Positions 8,747 to 18,001 are shown, counted from the first letter of the stretch. The stretch is 64,000 nucleotides of DNA from Dehalococcoidia bacterium (GCA_963663235.2 CAXXNO010000004.1:832001-896000), one strand, 5' to 3'. Translations and numbers: made by a program. Notes: a model not told the origin generated them from the sequence alone.

Positions 8747-9295
8747 ATGACTGCCCTTGCGGACCTGGTCCGTCGCGCCAAGGAGGGTAACGAAGACGCA
8801 TTCGCTGCGCTGTACAACGCGCGCGTGACCGGACTGTTCCGTTACGTCAACAGTCTGCTGCGGAATCCAACCGACGCCGAGGACGTGACCGCGCAGACGT
8901 TCATCGAAGCCTGGAAGAGCCTGCGGAAGTTGAGAGATCCGGAGCGCTTCGATGCCTGGTTGTTCCGGATCGGGCACAACCTGGCGTTGAACGAGCGCCG
9001 GCGGCGGCCCACGACGCCGCTGGAGAGCGCGCCAGAACCCGAAGACCCGAGCCCCGACAGCGAGCCGGAGTCCTTCGTCGAAGGCATGGGCGAAGCGCGC
9101 GCGGTCCGCCGCGCGCTGCTGCGTCTGCCGGATGCGATGCGGGAAGTGCTCACGCTGCGCTTCTTCGCCGGACTTAGTCACGCGGAAGTGGCCGCCCAGA
9201 TCGGGAAGTCGGAGAACAACGCCCGCGTCATGCAGTACCGGGCGCTACAGCAGATGCGCGGCCTCATCGAGGCCGAGGGCGTCCGCCTCAGCTAA
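8747..9295 (+). CDS. ECF RNA polymerase sigma factor
   Basis: AFAALY, DAEDVTAQTF, AWLFRIGHN (region 2); REVLTLRFFAGLSHAEVA...ARVMQYRAL (region 4). Confidence 0.92.
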   Translation: MTALADLVRRAKEGNEDAFAALYNARVTGLFRYVNSLLRNPTDAEDVTAQTFIEAWKSLRKLRDPERFDAWLFRIGHNLALNERRRRPTTPLESAPEPEDPSPDSEPESFVEGMGEARAVRRALLRLPDAMREVLTLRFFAGLSHAEVAAQIGKSENNARVMQYRALQQMRGLIEAEGVRLS

Positions 9296-9319
9296 GCGGC
9301 GCCACTCTCACGTCGGGCC

Positions 9320-9345
9320 TGTAACGAAATCGGCCGCGCCGTGTC
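9320..9345 (+). promoter_or_regulatory. Putative ECF sigma promoter TGTAAC-N14-CGTGTC
   Basis: Matches 7411-7436; lies about 40 nt upstream of the ATG 9385, with an AAGGAGG RBS in between. Confidence 0.65.
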
Positions 9346-9384
9346 TTCCTTGCGAACGGCAACAACACCGCAAGGAGGAACATC

Positions 9385-10812
9385 ATGAACCGTCAACTTT
9401 CACGTCTGTACTTTCCCGCCCGCCTCGTCATCGCGCTCGTCGGCGCCGTGGCGCTGGCGCTCACGCTGATCGCCATGCAGCCGGGCACCGCCGCCGCCGG
9501 CCAGCACGTCAGCGGCTTCTATCACGGCGAGCAAGACGACCATCGGTTCGAGCTTGCGCTGCGGCAACACGGCTCCGCCCTGAGCGGGAGTCTCCGCTTC
9601 GGGGATGAGTCGGGGGAGGCCATGACGGGGGTGATCGTGGGCACGACCGTGTTCCTGGTGCGGCACAGCAGCCCGGTGGAGGTATGGCTGGGCAGCGTCC
9701 ACGGTCACACGATGGAGGGGCGCTGGTTCAGCAGCGCCGGCGCGGGGAGTTGGTCGGCATCGGAGGTCGGCGCGCGGCTGGGGTTGGAGAAGAGCGTGTC
9801 GCCGGAGGTCATCCGCAGCGGCGTGACCACCGAGCCGGTCACGTACACGCTGGTCCTCACGAACCACAGCGATACGCCGGCGCTCGCCGTTCACTTGAAG
9901 GACGGGGGGCTACCGGACTTCTTCCGCATGCGGGAGATCACGGTGCGTGCAAGCTGGTCGGTGTCGATCGACGCGCGGCCGAACGACCTGATCGAGACTC
10001 GAGACGGCCTGCTGATCGGCAGCATCCCGCCGGGCGGGGTCGTGACGGTGGCGATCCACGGAAGCGCCAGCCCGCGACACCCCGGCACCTTCGTCAACGT
10101 GGCCAGCGCCGGAGGCAGCAACACGGTCCGAGCGCAGGCGCGGGCCGCGCTCATCGTTGCGGGGACGGCGCGCCTCGCCAACGCGTTCCAGCCGGCGACG
10201 ATTCCCGCAGGCTTCGATGAGCGGGTCACGTACACCATCAGTGTGGCGCAGGCAGGTGGTGACGGTCCGAACACCGTCGTCATCACGGACGAGACGATCC
10301 TGTCCCTCCTGCGGCAGGCCAGCGTGCAGGTGCGGGGCGCCCGGGCCGAGGGGTCGCTGGAGAGCGGCATGACGCTCTTCGCCAGCGGGAACCGGGGCAT
10401 CTTGGCTCACATCATCGTCACCGGCAGCGCCGGGCATCTGGAGCGCGGCGAGTACCCGAGCACAGCGGTGCTGACGAGCGCGGCGGGTGAGCCGATTTCG
10501 CGGGTCACGGCGCACCTGACCGTCATTGCGTGCCGCGATTCCAGCGCGCGCAGCGACCGCGTGTGCCGTGACATCGACGTCGACTGCGACGAGGATCGCC
10601 CCCGCGACAGCCTCACCGATCACGACCGCCGGTTCGACGACGATTGCGACGAGCGGCAGGACGACTGCGATGAGGATCGCGCCTGCGATAGCCTCACCGA
10701 CCGCGACCGCCGGTTCGATGACGATTGCGACGAGCGGCAGGACGAGGACGAGTGCGATGACCGCCGCAGCCTCCGGGACCGCGAGTGCGAGGACGGGAGG
10801 CCGATCGCCTGA
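9385..10812 (+). CDS. Secreted protein with DUF11-like beta domains and a Cys/Asp-rich repeat tail
   Basis: Signal peptide ending AAA; LGLEKSVSP..VTYTLVLTN..IGSIPPGG..FVNVASA resembles DUF11; AAGGAGG RBS. Confidence 0.75.
   Translation: MNRQLSRLYFPARLVIALVGAVALALTLIAMQPGTAAAGQHVSGFYHGEQDDHRFELALRQHGSALSGSLRFGDESGEAMTGVIVGTTVFLVRHSSPVEVWLGSVHGHTMEGRWFSSAGAGSWSASEVGARLGLEKSVSPEVIRSGVTTEPVTYTLVLTNHSDTPALAVHLKDGGLPDFFRMREITVRASWSVSIDARPNDLIETRDGLLIGSIPPGGVVTVAIHGSASPRHPGTFVNVASAGGSNTVRAQARAALIVAGTARLANAFQPATIPAGFDERVTYTISVAQAGGDGPNTVVITDETILSLLRQASVQVRGARAEGSLESGMTLFASGNRGILAHIIVTGSAGHLERGEYPSTAVLTSAAGEPISRVTAHLTVIACRDSSARSDRVCRDIDVDCDEDRPRDSLTDHDRRFDDDCDERQDDCDEDRACDSLTDRDRRFDDDCDERQDEDECDDRRSLRDRECEDGRPIA
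10582..10743 (+). repeat. Two 81-bp tandem repeats (DCDEDRxxDSLTDxDRRFDDDCDERQD)
   Basis: Units start at 10582 and 10663. Confidence 0.85.
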
Positions 10813-10841
10813 GCCAAGATCGAGGGAGAGCGACGGACAAA

Positions 10842-10869
10842 GAGGGGGAGGCCGCACGGCCTCCCCCTC
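10842..10869. terminator. GC-rich hairpin, probable terminator between convergent genes
   Basis: GAGGGGGAGGCC-GCAC-GGCCTCCCCCTC perfect 12-bp stem; short T-run only on the minus strand. Confidence 0.55.
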
Positions 10870-10918
10870 CGCGCGCAAGCGATTCCCGCTGCGTGCGGCG
10901 ATGTGCTGGATCTATCGG

Positions 10919-10996
10919 GCGGAGGACATCCTCCGGCTCTCGCCGGCGATGCCGTACAAGTCGGCCGCCGCAGGGCTGCCGTTGGACGGCGGCCGT
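10919..10996 (+). pseudogene. Relic fragment resembling Glu/Leu/Phe/Val dehydrogenase
   Basis: Translates AEDILRLSPAMPYKSAAAGLPLDGGR versus the family motif EDxLRLSxxMTYKxAxAGLxxGGGK. Confidence 0.5.
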
Positions 10997-11017
10997 CGGC
11001 GAGTCCGTGGCCGAGCC

Positions 11018-12595
11018 CTAGGGAAGCGGCGCGAACGGATCGTCGGGGTCGAACGGGGCGGTGAAGTCGACACCGACGGCCGCCAGATCGCCGGTGAGAT
11101 CCTCACCCGCGGGCCGTATGCCGTCTTCGATCCAAAGGCTTAAGTCCTGCAGAGCCCGCACGAGCTCATTGGTGGAAAAGTTGCAGTGGCCCGCGCGGCG
11201 CACGGCGCGCGTCACGAGGTTGTCCGAGTATCCCGTCTGCCGAACCAGCAGCTGGTACGCGGCATCCAGCGAGATGGGGGTCTCGATATCTCCAGTCCCC
11301 TTGAGCGTGAGCAGCGGAACTTCGAGGCCGCCGGTGGCGATACCCAGAGCGGGGTCGCGCCGGGCGTCGGTGGTCGCAGCGAAACGGACGACTTCGGCGT
11401 TGAGCGCGTCGATGTCGATGGCGCCGGGCGGATCGACGGCGTAGACGACGTCCACAGTATCGAAGGCGGCGAGTGAGGAATCGTGTGAGATCACAGCGCC
11501 GGGCTGTCGCGCCTGCTCGCCCGCCAGGATGTCCGGCCAAACGATGGCCCCGAACTCCCAGTTGATCGACCAAGCGCCGGCCAGGCCCGCCAAGAAGCCC
11601 CACCGATCTCCGCCGGTGAGCGCCCGGATCACGGCGGCGAAGCGATCTCCATCAGGCGTCAGGTGGAGCTCCCCATCCTCGATGGTCCCCAAGCGCGCAG
11701 CCCAGGCCAGGATGCCGTCGCCGTCGGGGCGGGAGGGGAAGTCTCCGAGAATCCAGGCGGCCACGGCGTGCCAGGACGCGACGAAGTCCACGCCGGCGGC
11801 GTTTCCGAGCGCGCCGCAGAACGCCAAGGCGCCGTCGATCTCCTCGGGAAACTCTTGCGCCATCAGTTGAGCGGTGGCTCCGCCCATCGAGGCCCCGAGC
11901 ACATAGACTCGCCGCGGCGGGCCGACTTCCTCGACGAAGCGGTCCTTCAGCCGCAGCAGTTCGTCGACGCCGAGGGCGGGAACGAAGCCGTTGGAGCAGT
12001 AGGTGCTGGCAGCCCAGGCGTAGCCGAAGGAGGGCAGAAGACGTACGGGCATTAGGTTTCCGAAGCCCAGGGCGGGATTGAGGTCCGTGCCTTCCTCGTT
12101 GAGGCCGCTGAAGCCGTGCGCCCACAGCACCAAGGCGCCGTTCCAGTCATCGGGCACCAGGATGCGATAGGCCGCGCCGTCCAGCACGCCGAAGTAGGCC
12201 GTGGCGCCGGGCGGGGCGCTAAAGGCCGCATCGACGAGCGTGCAATCGTCGCAACGGCGGTCGGGCATGAGGAGGCGGCGCGTCTGCGGGGCCGTCGGGG
12301 GCGACGTCTCCGCCTCCGCGTCCGCCTCCGCGTCCGCCTCCCCGTCGGCGTCAACGTCCGGGCCGGCTTCCGCGCCGGCTTTCGTGCCCACACCGTTTGG
12401 GGACTCCGCAGGGGAGGAGGCCGCGGGCGCTCCGTCATCCGCTATCGCGGCCTGATCAAGCGGCGATTGTGGGGCGGGCTCTCCGCCGCCGCAGGCGGCG
12501 AGGAGCAGCGCCGCAAGGACGACGCCCGCCGCGAGCGCTGGGGTGCGTCGCGCGCCGGGGAACTGCCGCAGAGTGCCGAGCATCTGAGCGAACAC
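11018..12595 (-). CDS. Lipoprotein with alpha/beta hydrolase domain
   Basis: Lipobox LAAC, low-complexity linker, WAHG, GASMGG nucleophile elbow, GHC; start uncertain. Confidence 0.75.
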   Translation of the reverse strand: MFAQMLGTLRQFPGARRTPALAAGVVLAALLLAACGGGEPAPQSPLDQAAIADDGAPAASSPAESPNGVGTKAGAEAGPDVDADGEADAEADAEAETSPPTAPQTRRLLMPDRRCDDCTLVDAAFSAPPGATAYFGVLDGAAYRILVPDDWNGALVLWAHGFSGLNEEGTDLNPALGFGNLMPVRLLPSFGYAWAASTYCSNGFVPALGVDELLRLKDRFVEEVGPPRRVYVLGASMGGATAQLMAQEFPEEIDGALAFCGALGNAAGVDFVASWHAVAAWILGDFPSRPDGDGILAWAARLGTIEDGELHLTPDGDRFAAVIRALTGGDRWGFLAGLAGAWSINWEFGAIVWPDILAGEQARQPGAVISHDSSLAAFDTVDVVYAVDPPGAIDIDALNAEVVRFAATTDARRDPALGIATGGLEVPLLTLKGTGDIETPISLDAAYQLLVRQTGYSDNLVTRAVRRAGHCNFSTNELVRALQDLSLWIEDGIRPAGEDLTGDLAAVGVDFTAPFDPDDPFAPLP

Positions 12596-12625
12596 TCCGT
12601 CGATAATCCTACGAGCCCAACAACG

Positions 12626-13774
12626 TCATGGTCGAACGGAGCCGAGCGTACGATCGCCGGCGGTGCGGAAGTGGTCGAGCGCGCGGGGGTCCAGCCGAAC
12701 GCCGAGGCCCGGCTCCGTCGGGACCAGCATACGGCCACACTCAATGCGGAGCGGACGTCCGAGAAGGTCCGAGGCCAGCAGCCCCGCCGTGGCCAGGCCG
12801 CACGGTGGGATCTCCCCCGGCAGCGACGCCGCCAGGTGTAGCGCCGCCGCCGTCGCGACACCGCTGTCGATGGTCGTCGTGACGACAGTGCGCAGGCCCG
12901 CCTCCGCCGCTAGCAGGGCGATCTCGCGGGCGGGCTGGAGGCCGCCCAACGACATCGGCTTGAGGACGAGCACTTGTACGGCCCGGGTGTCGAGAACGCG
13001 CTGGACGGATTCGCGATCGGTGAGGCTCTCGTCGGCCGCGATGGGCACGGCGACCTGCCCGCGCACGGCGCGCAGGCCGCGGAGGTCGGCGGCGGCGACG
13101 GGCTGCTCGACCCACTCCAGGTCATAGGGCTCCAAGGAACGGATGACAGAGACCGCCTGCTCCACGCTCCAGGCGCCATTGGCATCGAGGCGGAGGGCAA
13201 CGTGCGGGCCCAAGGCATCGCGCGCGGCAGCGACCCGATCCCGCGTCGCCGCCGCGTCCCGTTCCATGCCGACCTTCAACTTCACGGCGCGATAGCCCGC
13301 ATTCCGCGCCGCCGAAGCGGCAGCGTGCACATCGACGGGACGGACGGCCCCGACGCTCGCGTTGACCGGGACCGCGGTTGCGGCAGGCGACCCCATCAGA
13401 CCCTGCGCCGCGCTCACGCCCGCCGCCCGCGCCTCGGCGTCGAGCAAGGCGACATCCAGCGCGCACGAAACCGCCGCGCGCCCCGGGCCCTGCGGCACCT
13501 CCGCTACCGCGCGCCGGGCGGCGGCTAGATCGAGGCCAAGGAGCGTCGGGGCCAAGGAGCGAACGATCCCCTCGGCGTGGGCGGCGTCGCCTTCGCCACG
13601 CTCCGGGAGCGGCGAAGCCTCCCCGAGGCCGTCGACACCGGCGTCGGTGTGGATGCGCAGGATCAGGCCCTCGCGCACGGCGGCGACACCGTCGGGTGCC
13701 CCCGCGGTGGCGAACTCCGCGACGAAGGGCAAGCGAAACGGACTCCAGCGGAGACCGATGACGCGCACGGTCAA
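12626..13774 (-). CDS. menC: o-succinylbenzoate synthase
   Basis: Enolase superfamily motifs KLKVG, DANG, EQP, ADES; coupled to menD. Confidence 0.85.
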   Translation of the reverse strand: MTVRVIGLRWSPFRLPFVAEFATAGAPDGVAAVREGLILRIHTDAGVDGLGEASPLPERGEGDAAHAEGIVRSLAPTLLGLDLAAARRAVAEVPQGPGRAAVSCALDVALLDAEARAAGVSAAQGLMGSPAATAVPVNASVGAVRPVDVHAAASAARNAGYRAVKLKVGMERDAAATRDRVAAARDALGPHVALRLDANGAWSVEQAVSVIRSLEPYDLEWVEQPVAAADLRGLRAVRGQVAVPIAADESLTDRESVQRVLDTRAVQVLVLKPMSLGGLQPAREIALLAAEAGLRTVVTTTIDSGVATAAALHLAASLPGEIPPCGLATAGLLASDLLGRPLRIECGRMLVPTEPGLGVRLDPRALDHFRTAGDRTLGSVRP

Positions 13775-15558
13775 GCCTCGACATTGCTGTGCAATGCCCC
13801 GCGCACCCGAGCGGCGACCGCCTGCCAGATCTCGCGGTGAAGCGCGGCGTTGGCCGCGCGCTCCGTCTGGACCTCGACCAGTGCCACGCCCGGCTTGCCC
13901 AAGCTCTGGGCCACGGCGTCGCGGAAGTCGGCCGCCCGCCGAACCGGGCGGTGATCGAGACCGTAGAGCGCGGCGGCGTGGCGGAAATCGAGGCCATGCG
14001 GGGTGCCAAAGAGCTGCTCGAAGTCTTCGACCTCGTCAGCCTGCGGGAGGAAGGAGAAGATGCCGCCGCCGTCGTTGTTGATCAGCACGATGGTGGCGTG
14101 AAGGTCGTGGCGCTTCACGGCGAAGAGGCCGTTGAGGTCGTGGTAGAGAGAGAGGTCCCCGATCACCAGCACGAGCGGCCCCGGGCCGGCGGCCGCCGCG
14201 CCCAGCGCCGTGGAGACCACGCCGTCGATGCCGCTGCTGCCGCGGTTGCCCAGGACTCGCAGCGCCCGCGCGCCCCCGTGATAGAAGCCGTCGAGGTCGC
14301 GGACGGGCATGCTGTTGCCAACGAAGAGCGTCGCGCCGTCCGGCAGGAGGTCCGCGAGCTCCGTGAACACCCGCGGCTCGGAGATGCCGTCATCCCGGGC
14401 AAGGAGGTCGCGCTGGACGGCTGCCGTCTCCGCCGCACAGGTCCGCCAGCGGCCGTGCCAGGCCTCGCGCCGCCCGCGGGCCGCCGGGTCAAGCGGCGGA
14501 AGCGCGGCAGTGAGCGCGTCGCAGAGGGCGCGGGCGTCGGCGTGGAGGGCGGTCGAGGCGGCGAGCGTCGGATCGTTCCAGCCTTCGCCGTCGGTAATGA
14601 GCCATTGGGGGCAGGCGGGATCATCGAGGAACTGCAAGAGCGGCTTGGAGGTGGGGGTCGCGCCGAAGCGGAGGACGAAATCCGGCCGCAGCGCCCGGGC
14701 GGTCTCCGCATCGCGGAGAAAGGCGTCGTAGCCGGCGATCACCCGAGAGCGGTCGTGGGGCCCACAACGGACCTGGGAGAGGGGATCGGCCAGCAGTGGG
14801 AGGCCGAGCGTGGCGGCCAGCCAGGCGACCGCTTGCGGAAAGTGTGGATCGGCCTGGGGCCCACAGACGATGAGTCCGCGATCGCCGGCGCTGACGTGCG
14901 CGACGGCAGCCGCGACGGCCTCCCCATCAGGCTGACCGCCGGCATGATGCACCACGGCCGATCGGGGACGCGGTGCGTCCCGATCCGCGCCAGGCGGCGC
15001 GCTGGGGATCAGCGGCTCCCGAAAGGGGAGATTGAGGTGCACCGGCCCGGCCGGCCGGGCCTCCGCGACCGCCACCGCGCGGGCCGCGGTCAGGTCCACA
15101 TAGCGGAGCATCTGCGGGGTGGCCTCCGGCAGCGCGACCTCCACGGAGCGCTTGACCATGGAGCCGAAGAGCCGGATTTGGTCGATCGTCTGATTCGCGC
15201 CGACGTCACGCAGCTCCGGGGGGCGGTCGGCGGTCAGCACGAGCAAGGGCACGCGGCCATAGCGGGCCTCCGCGACCGCCGGGGCGAAGTTGAGCGCCGC
15301 AGTGCCCGAGGTCGAGAGGAGAGCGACCGGCTTGCCGGTCGCCTTGGCGATTCCCAGCGCGAAGAAGGCCGCCGATCGCTCATCGAGATGGACCCAGACG
15401 CGGATCGCGGGGTGGCGTTGGAACTCGAGGGCCAAGGGGGTGGAGCGGGAACCGGGGCAGAGACAGACCTGGGCGATGCCGGCGCGGGCCATCGCATCGA
15501 CGAATGCGCCCACGTATCGATGCAGCACTGCGCCGGGCGCCAGATCCGGGTCGGTCAC
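13771..15558 (-). CDS. menD: SEPHCHC synthase
   Basis: CPGSRSTPL, DERSAAFFALG, TSGTA, NSMPVRD, NRGSSGIDG, GDLS...NNDGGGIF motifs. Confidence 0.96.
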   Translation of the reverse strand: MTDPDLAPGAVLHRYVGAFVDAMARAGIAQVCLCPGSRSTPLALEFQRHPAIRVWVHLDERSAAFFALGIAKATGKPVALLSTSGTAALNFAPAVAEARYGRVPLLVLTADRPPELRDVGANQTIDQIRLFGSMVKRSVEVALPEATPQMLRYVDLTAARAVAVAEARPAGPVHLNLPFREPLIPSAPPGADRDAPRPRSAVVHHAGGQPDGEAVAAAVAHVSAGDRGLIVCGPQADPHFPQAVAWLAATLGLPLLADPLSQVRCGPHDRSRVIAGYDAFLRDAETARALRPDFVLRFGATPTSKPLLQFLDDPACPQWLITDGEGWNDPTLAASTALHADARALCDALTAALPPLDPAARGRREAWHGRWRTCAAETAAVQRDLLARDDGISEPRVFTELADLLPDGATLFVGNSMPVRDLDGFYHGGARALRVLGNRGSSGIDGVVSTALGAAAAGPGPLVLVIGDLSLYHDLNGLFAVKRHDLHATIVLINNDGGGIFSFLPQADEVEDFEQLFGTPHGLDFRHAAALYGLDHRPVRRAADFRDAVAQSLGKPGVALVEVQTERAANAALHREIWQAVAARVRGALHSNVEA

Positions 15559-17015
15559 GGAGCGCCCAGCGCCCAGCGCATCGAGCGCATCTTGAGGCGG
15601 GATTCCTCGTACTCGCTCTCGGCGTCGGAGCCGGCGACAATGCCGCAGCCCGCGTACAGCGAGGCGCGGCCGCCTTCGATCAGCGCGGAGCGAATGGCCA
15701 CGACGAAGTCGCCGTTCCCGCGGGCGTCCATCCAGCCCAGCGGCCCGGCGAACCAGCCCCGGTCGAAGGGCTCGTAGTCGCGCAACAGCGGCAGAGCGCG
15801 CTCACGCGGGACACCGCCCACGGCCGGCGTGGGATGCAGCCGGTCGACGAGATCGAGCGCCGTGGAAGAGCGAGCGAGCGTGCCGCGGAGATCGGTTTGG
15901 AGGTGCTGCACGTCGGGCAGACGCAGGAGGGCCGGCTGCGGCGCCACGTCCAGTTCGATGCAGACGGGCGCGAGTGCGTCCTCAAGCGCGCGGACGACCA
16001 TCGCGTGCTCGCGACGCTCCTTGGGGTCGGCGAGCAGGGCCTGTGCCCGATCCCCATCCTCGACGGCACCGCGGCCGCGCGGAGCGGAGCCGGCGAGCGC
16101 CACCGCACGGACATCGCGACCGCGCAGCGACACCAGCAACTCCGGGGTGGCGCCGAGAAAACAGCGATCACCGTCGGCCAGCGCGAAGACGGTCCCGGCT
16201 CCGTAGCGATCGCGCAGCCGCCGGAGGACGGCGCCGCAGTCGAACGGACGGTCAGCCTCCAAGGTGGAGCGCCGGGCGAGCACCAACTTCTCGATCTCGC
16301 CACGGCTGATGGCAGCGACGATGTCGGTCACGGCCCGCCGCCATGCGTCAGGCGGCGGATCATCCAGCGCGCGCACCTGTGGCTGGGCAACATCGCTGCG
16401 GGCGGAGTCGCCGCCGACCGCGCGGGGCGGACTGCCGGAGAGGAGCTCGTCGACGCGGCAGAGGAGCGGCCCTGGATCTTGCAAGGGGCCGTCCGGCACC
16501 ACCTGGACCTGCACCTGCAAGGAGCAGGCATCGCCGCGGCGGAGCGCCAGCAGGGTGGGAACGACGAGCCAGCCGCGAGGCCAGCCGCTCCAGGTGGCGT
16601 CCGGCGGACGGGCAGGGTCAAACGCCGATCCGCTCAGACAGAGCGGATCCAGGCCGGGCTCAGAACCCGCCGGCTCAACGCAGGCGTCCGCGGCCAGCGC
16701 GCGCCAGGCCGCAGCCATGGAGCCAGGCTCCGGCAGCGGCGCCACGCCGTCGCTGCGGAACTCCGCGCTCGCGCCGACGGCGGCCATCTCGAGGGGCGGG
16801 TCTTGTCGCCGCCAATAGGCGCGTCGATCGCCGGCGGCGCGTTCGAAGATCTCCATCGGTTCGATGGGGGAGAGGGGCACGCTCAGGCTGACCAGCACAG
16901 GCCGGGACGTCCGCGCGGCGCGCTCCGCGGCCGAGTGAATGAGGGCGGGCAAGCGCCGGCCCAGGGTGGCGGGGCCAGGGCCTCGATCTCGCAGGGTCGC
17001 TGGATGTGCTGGCAT
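15555..17015 (-). CDS. menF: Isochorismate synthase
   Basis: KLVLAR, GATPELL, ALAGS, KERREH, LHPTPAVGG, AIRSAL, YAGCGIV motifs; ATG 17015 chosen just below the operator. Confidence 0.92.
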   Translation of the reverse strand: MPAHPATLRDRGPGPATLGRRLPALIHSAAERAARTSRPVLVSLSVPLSPIEPMEIFERAAGDRRAYWRRQDPPLEMAAVGASAEFRSDGVAPLPEPGSMAAAWRALAADACVEPAGSEPGLDPLCLSGSAFDPARPPDATWSGWPRGWLVVPTLLALRRGDACSLQVQVQVVPDGPLQDPGPLLCRVDELLSGSPPRAVGGDSARSDVAQPQVRALDDPPPDAWRRAVTDIVAAISRGEIEKLVLARRSTLEADRPFDCGAVLRRLRDRYGAGTVFALADGDRCFLGATPELLVSLRGRDVRAVALAGSAPRGRGAVEDGDRAQALLADPKERREHAMVVRALEDALAPVCIELDVAPQPALLRLPDVQHLQTDLRGTLARSSTALDLVDRLHPTPAVGGVPRERALPLLRDYEPFDRGWFAGPLGWMDARGNGDFVVAIRSALIEGGRASLYAGCGIVAGSDAESEYEESRLKMRSMRWALGAP

Positions 17016-17027
17016 GGCAGAGACGAG

Positions 17028-17059
17028 AAACCGACTCACCAGTCGGTTTTGCCACGCTA
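17028..17059 (-). promoter_or_regulatory. Operator palindrome AAACCGAC-TCACCA-GTCGGTTT (17028-17049) plus TAGCGT -10-like box (17054-17059)
   Basis: Perfect inverted repeat 12 nt above the menF ATG; same element at 26558. Confidence 0.75.
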
Positions 17060-17284
17060 TCAGACGGCCCGGAGCCCACAAGAGGAGGGCAAAAGAGGGC
17101 CAACGAGGGGGCGCCCAGAAGGGTGGGGGCGAGGTTAGCGAGGCCGACGCATCGTCACCCGCTGAAAGGCGCGCGCCCGGCGCGCCCGCTGCCGCTTCTT
17201 CCGCCAATCCGCCACGGCCATCGCCGGGTAGAGAACCGATGCGACCGCCACAACGCCGATGCCGATCAACGCTTCCGCCATGAG

Positions 17285-18001
17285 TCAGCGATCCCTTCCA
17301 CCAATCCGTCCGTGCGGCGGGTGTCCCGTGACGCTGCGGGCCGAGCGGGCGGCCTGCCGCGCCAGGCGGATCGGCGCCGGTGTGCGGGCCGCGCCCGAGA
17401 GAGCGCGCACCACGGTGACGGCGGTCTCCGCGTCCGTGCGCCAAGCGGCGTGTACGGCCAACGGCCGACGGCCCTGCCGCACGCAGAGCCAGCAGCCAAC
17501 TAGATCCCCCAGCAGCCGGAGGGCACTCGTGGCACCGGGCTCATCGGCCGGGGGAGCGCCCTCCGCAAGCAACGGACGATCGGTCACTCCGATCGTCGGC
17601 AGATCGAGCACGGATCCTAAGTGCAGCGCCAATCCGGCGCGGCGGGGATGGTCGCGGCCGGTGGCGTTTACGAGCACGAGGTCCGGCCGCTCCGGCAGCG
17701 CGCGAACGGCCGCCTCCAGCAGAGCGCCCTCCCGCAGCGCCAGAAAGCCGGGGCGGTAGGGGAAGCCCGCGGAACCCGGCACCACGCGCGTGACCAGCGC
17801 GTGACCGTCCAACAGCAGCGCCGCGGCGGCCCAGGCTCGATCGCCGCGTGCGCCGTCGCCCGCGATGCCCCGCTGAAAGCAGACGAAGACACCGGCCCCG
17901 CGCAGCGGCCCCGCCGCGGGCTGCCAGAGGTCAAGGCGCGCGCGGCCGAGATCCGTCTGCAGGCGCAGCAGGCCAGCGTCCGACTGCGGCCAGGTCGCCA
18001 C
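17285..18001 (-). CDS. Endonuclease V-like protein with degenerate active site
   Basis: PYRPGFLALREG, VNATGRDHPRRAGLALHLG, PTIGV, RTPAPIRLA motifs. Confidence 0.8.
   Translation of the reverse strand: MATWPQSDAGLLRLQTDLGRARLDLWQPAAGPLRGAGVFVCFQRGIAGDGARGDRAWAAAALLLDGHALVTRVVPGSAGFPYRPGFLALREGALLEAAVRALPERPDLVLVNATGRDHPRRAGLALHLGSVLDLPTIGVTDRPLLAEGAPPADEPGATSALRLLGDLVGCWLCVRQGRRPLAVHAAWRTDAETAVTVVRALSGAARTPAPIRLARQAARSARSVTGHPPHGRIGGRDR

Noticed and set aside
7493-9295. Genuine 600-aa membrane-anchored sigma factor
   Set aside because: The linker is an out-of-frame reading of the repeat and the sigma has its own ATG at 8747. The fusion would probably put sigma on the far side of the TM. Retained only as a frameshift finding
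8355-10743. CRISPR arrays in the repeat tracts
   Set aside because: The units are contiguous, codon-multiple (42 and 81 bp), lack unique spacers and lie within CDSs; no cas genes are present
11018-12595. MenH downstream of menC
   Set aside because: It has a lipoprotein signal and is far larger than MenH, which is a small cytoplasmic enzyme
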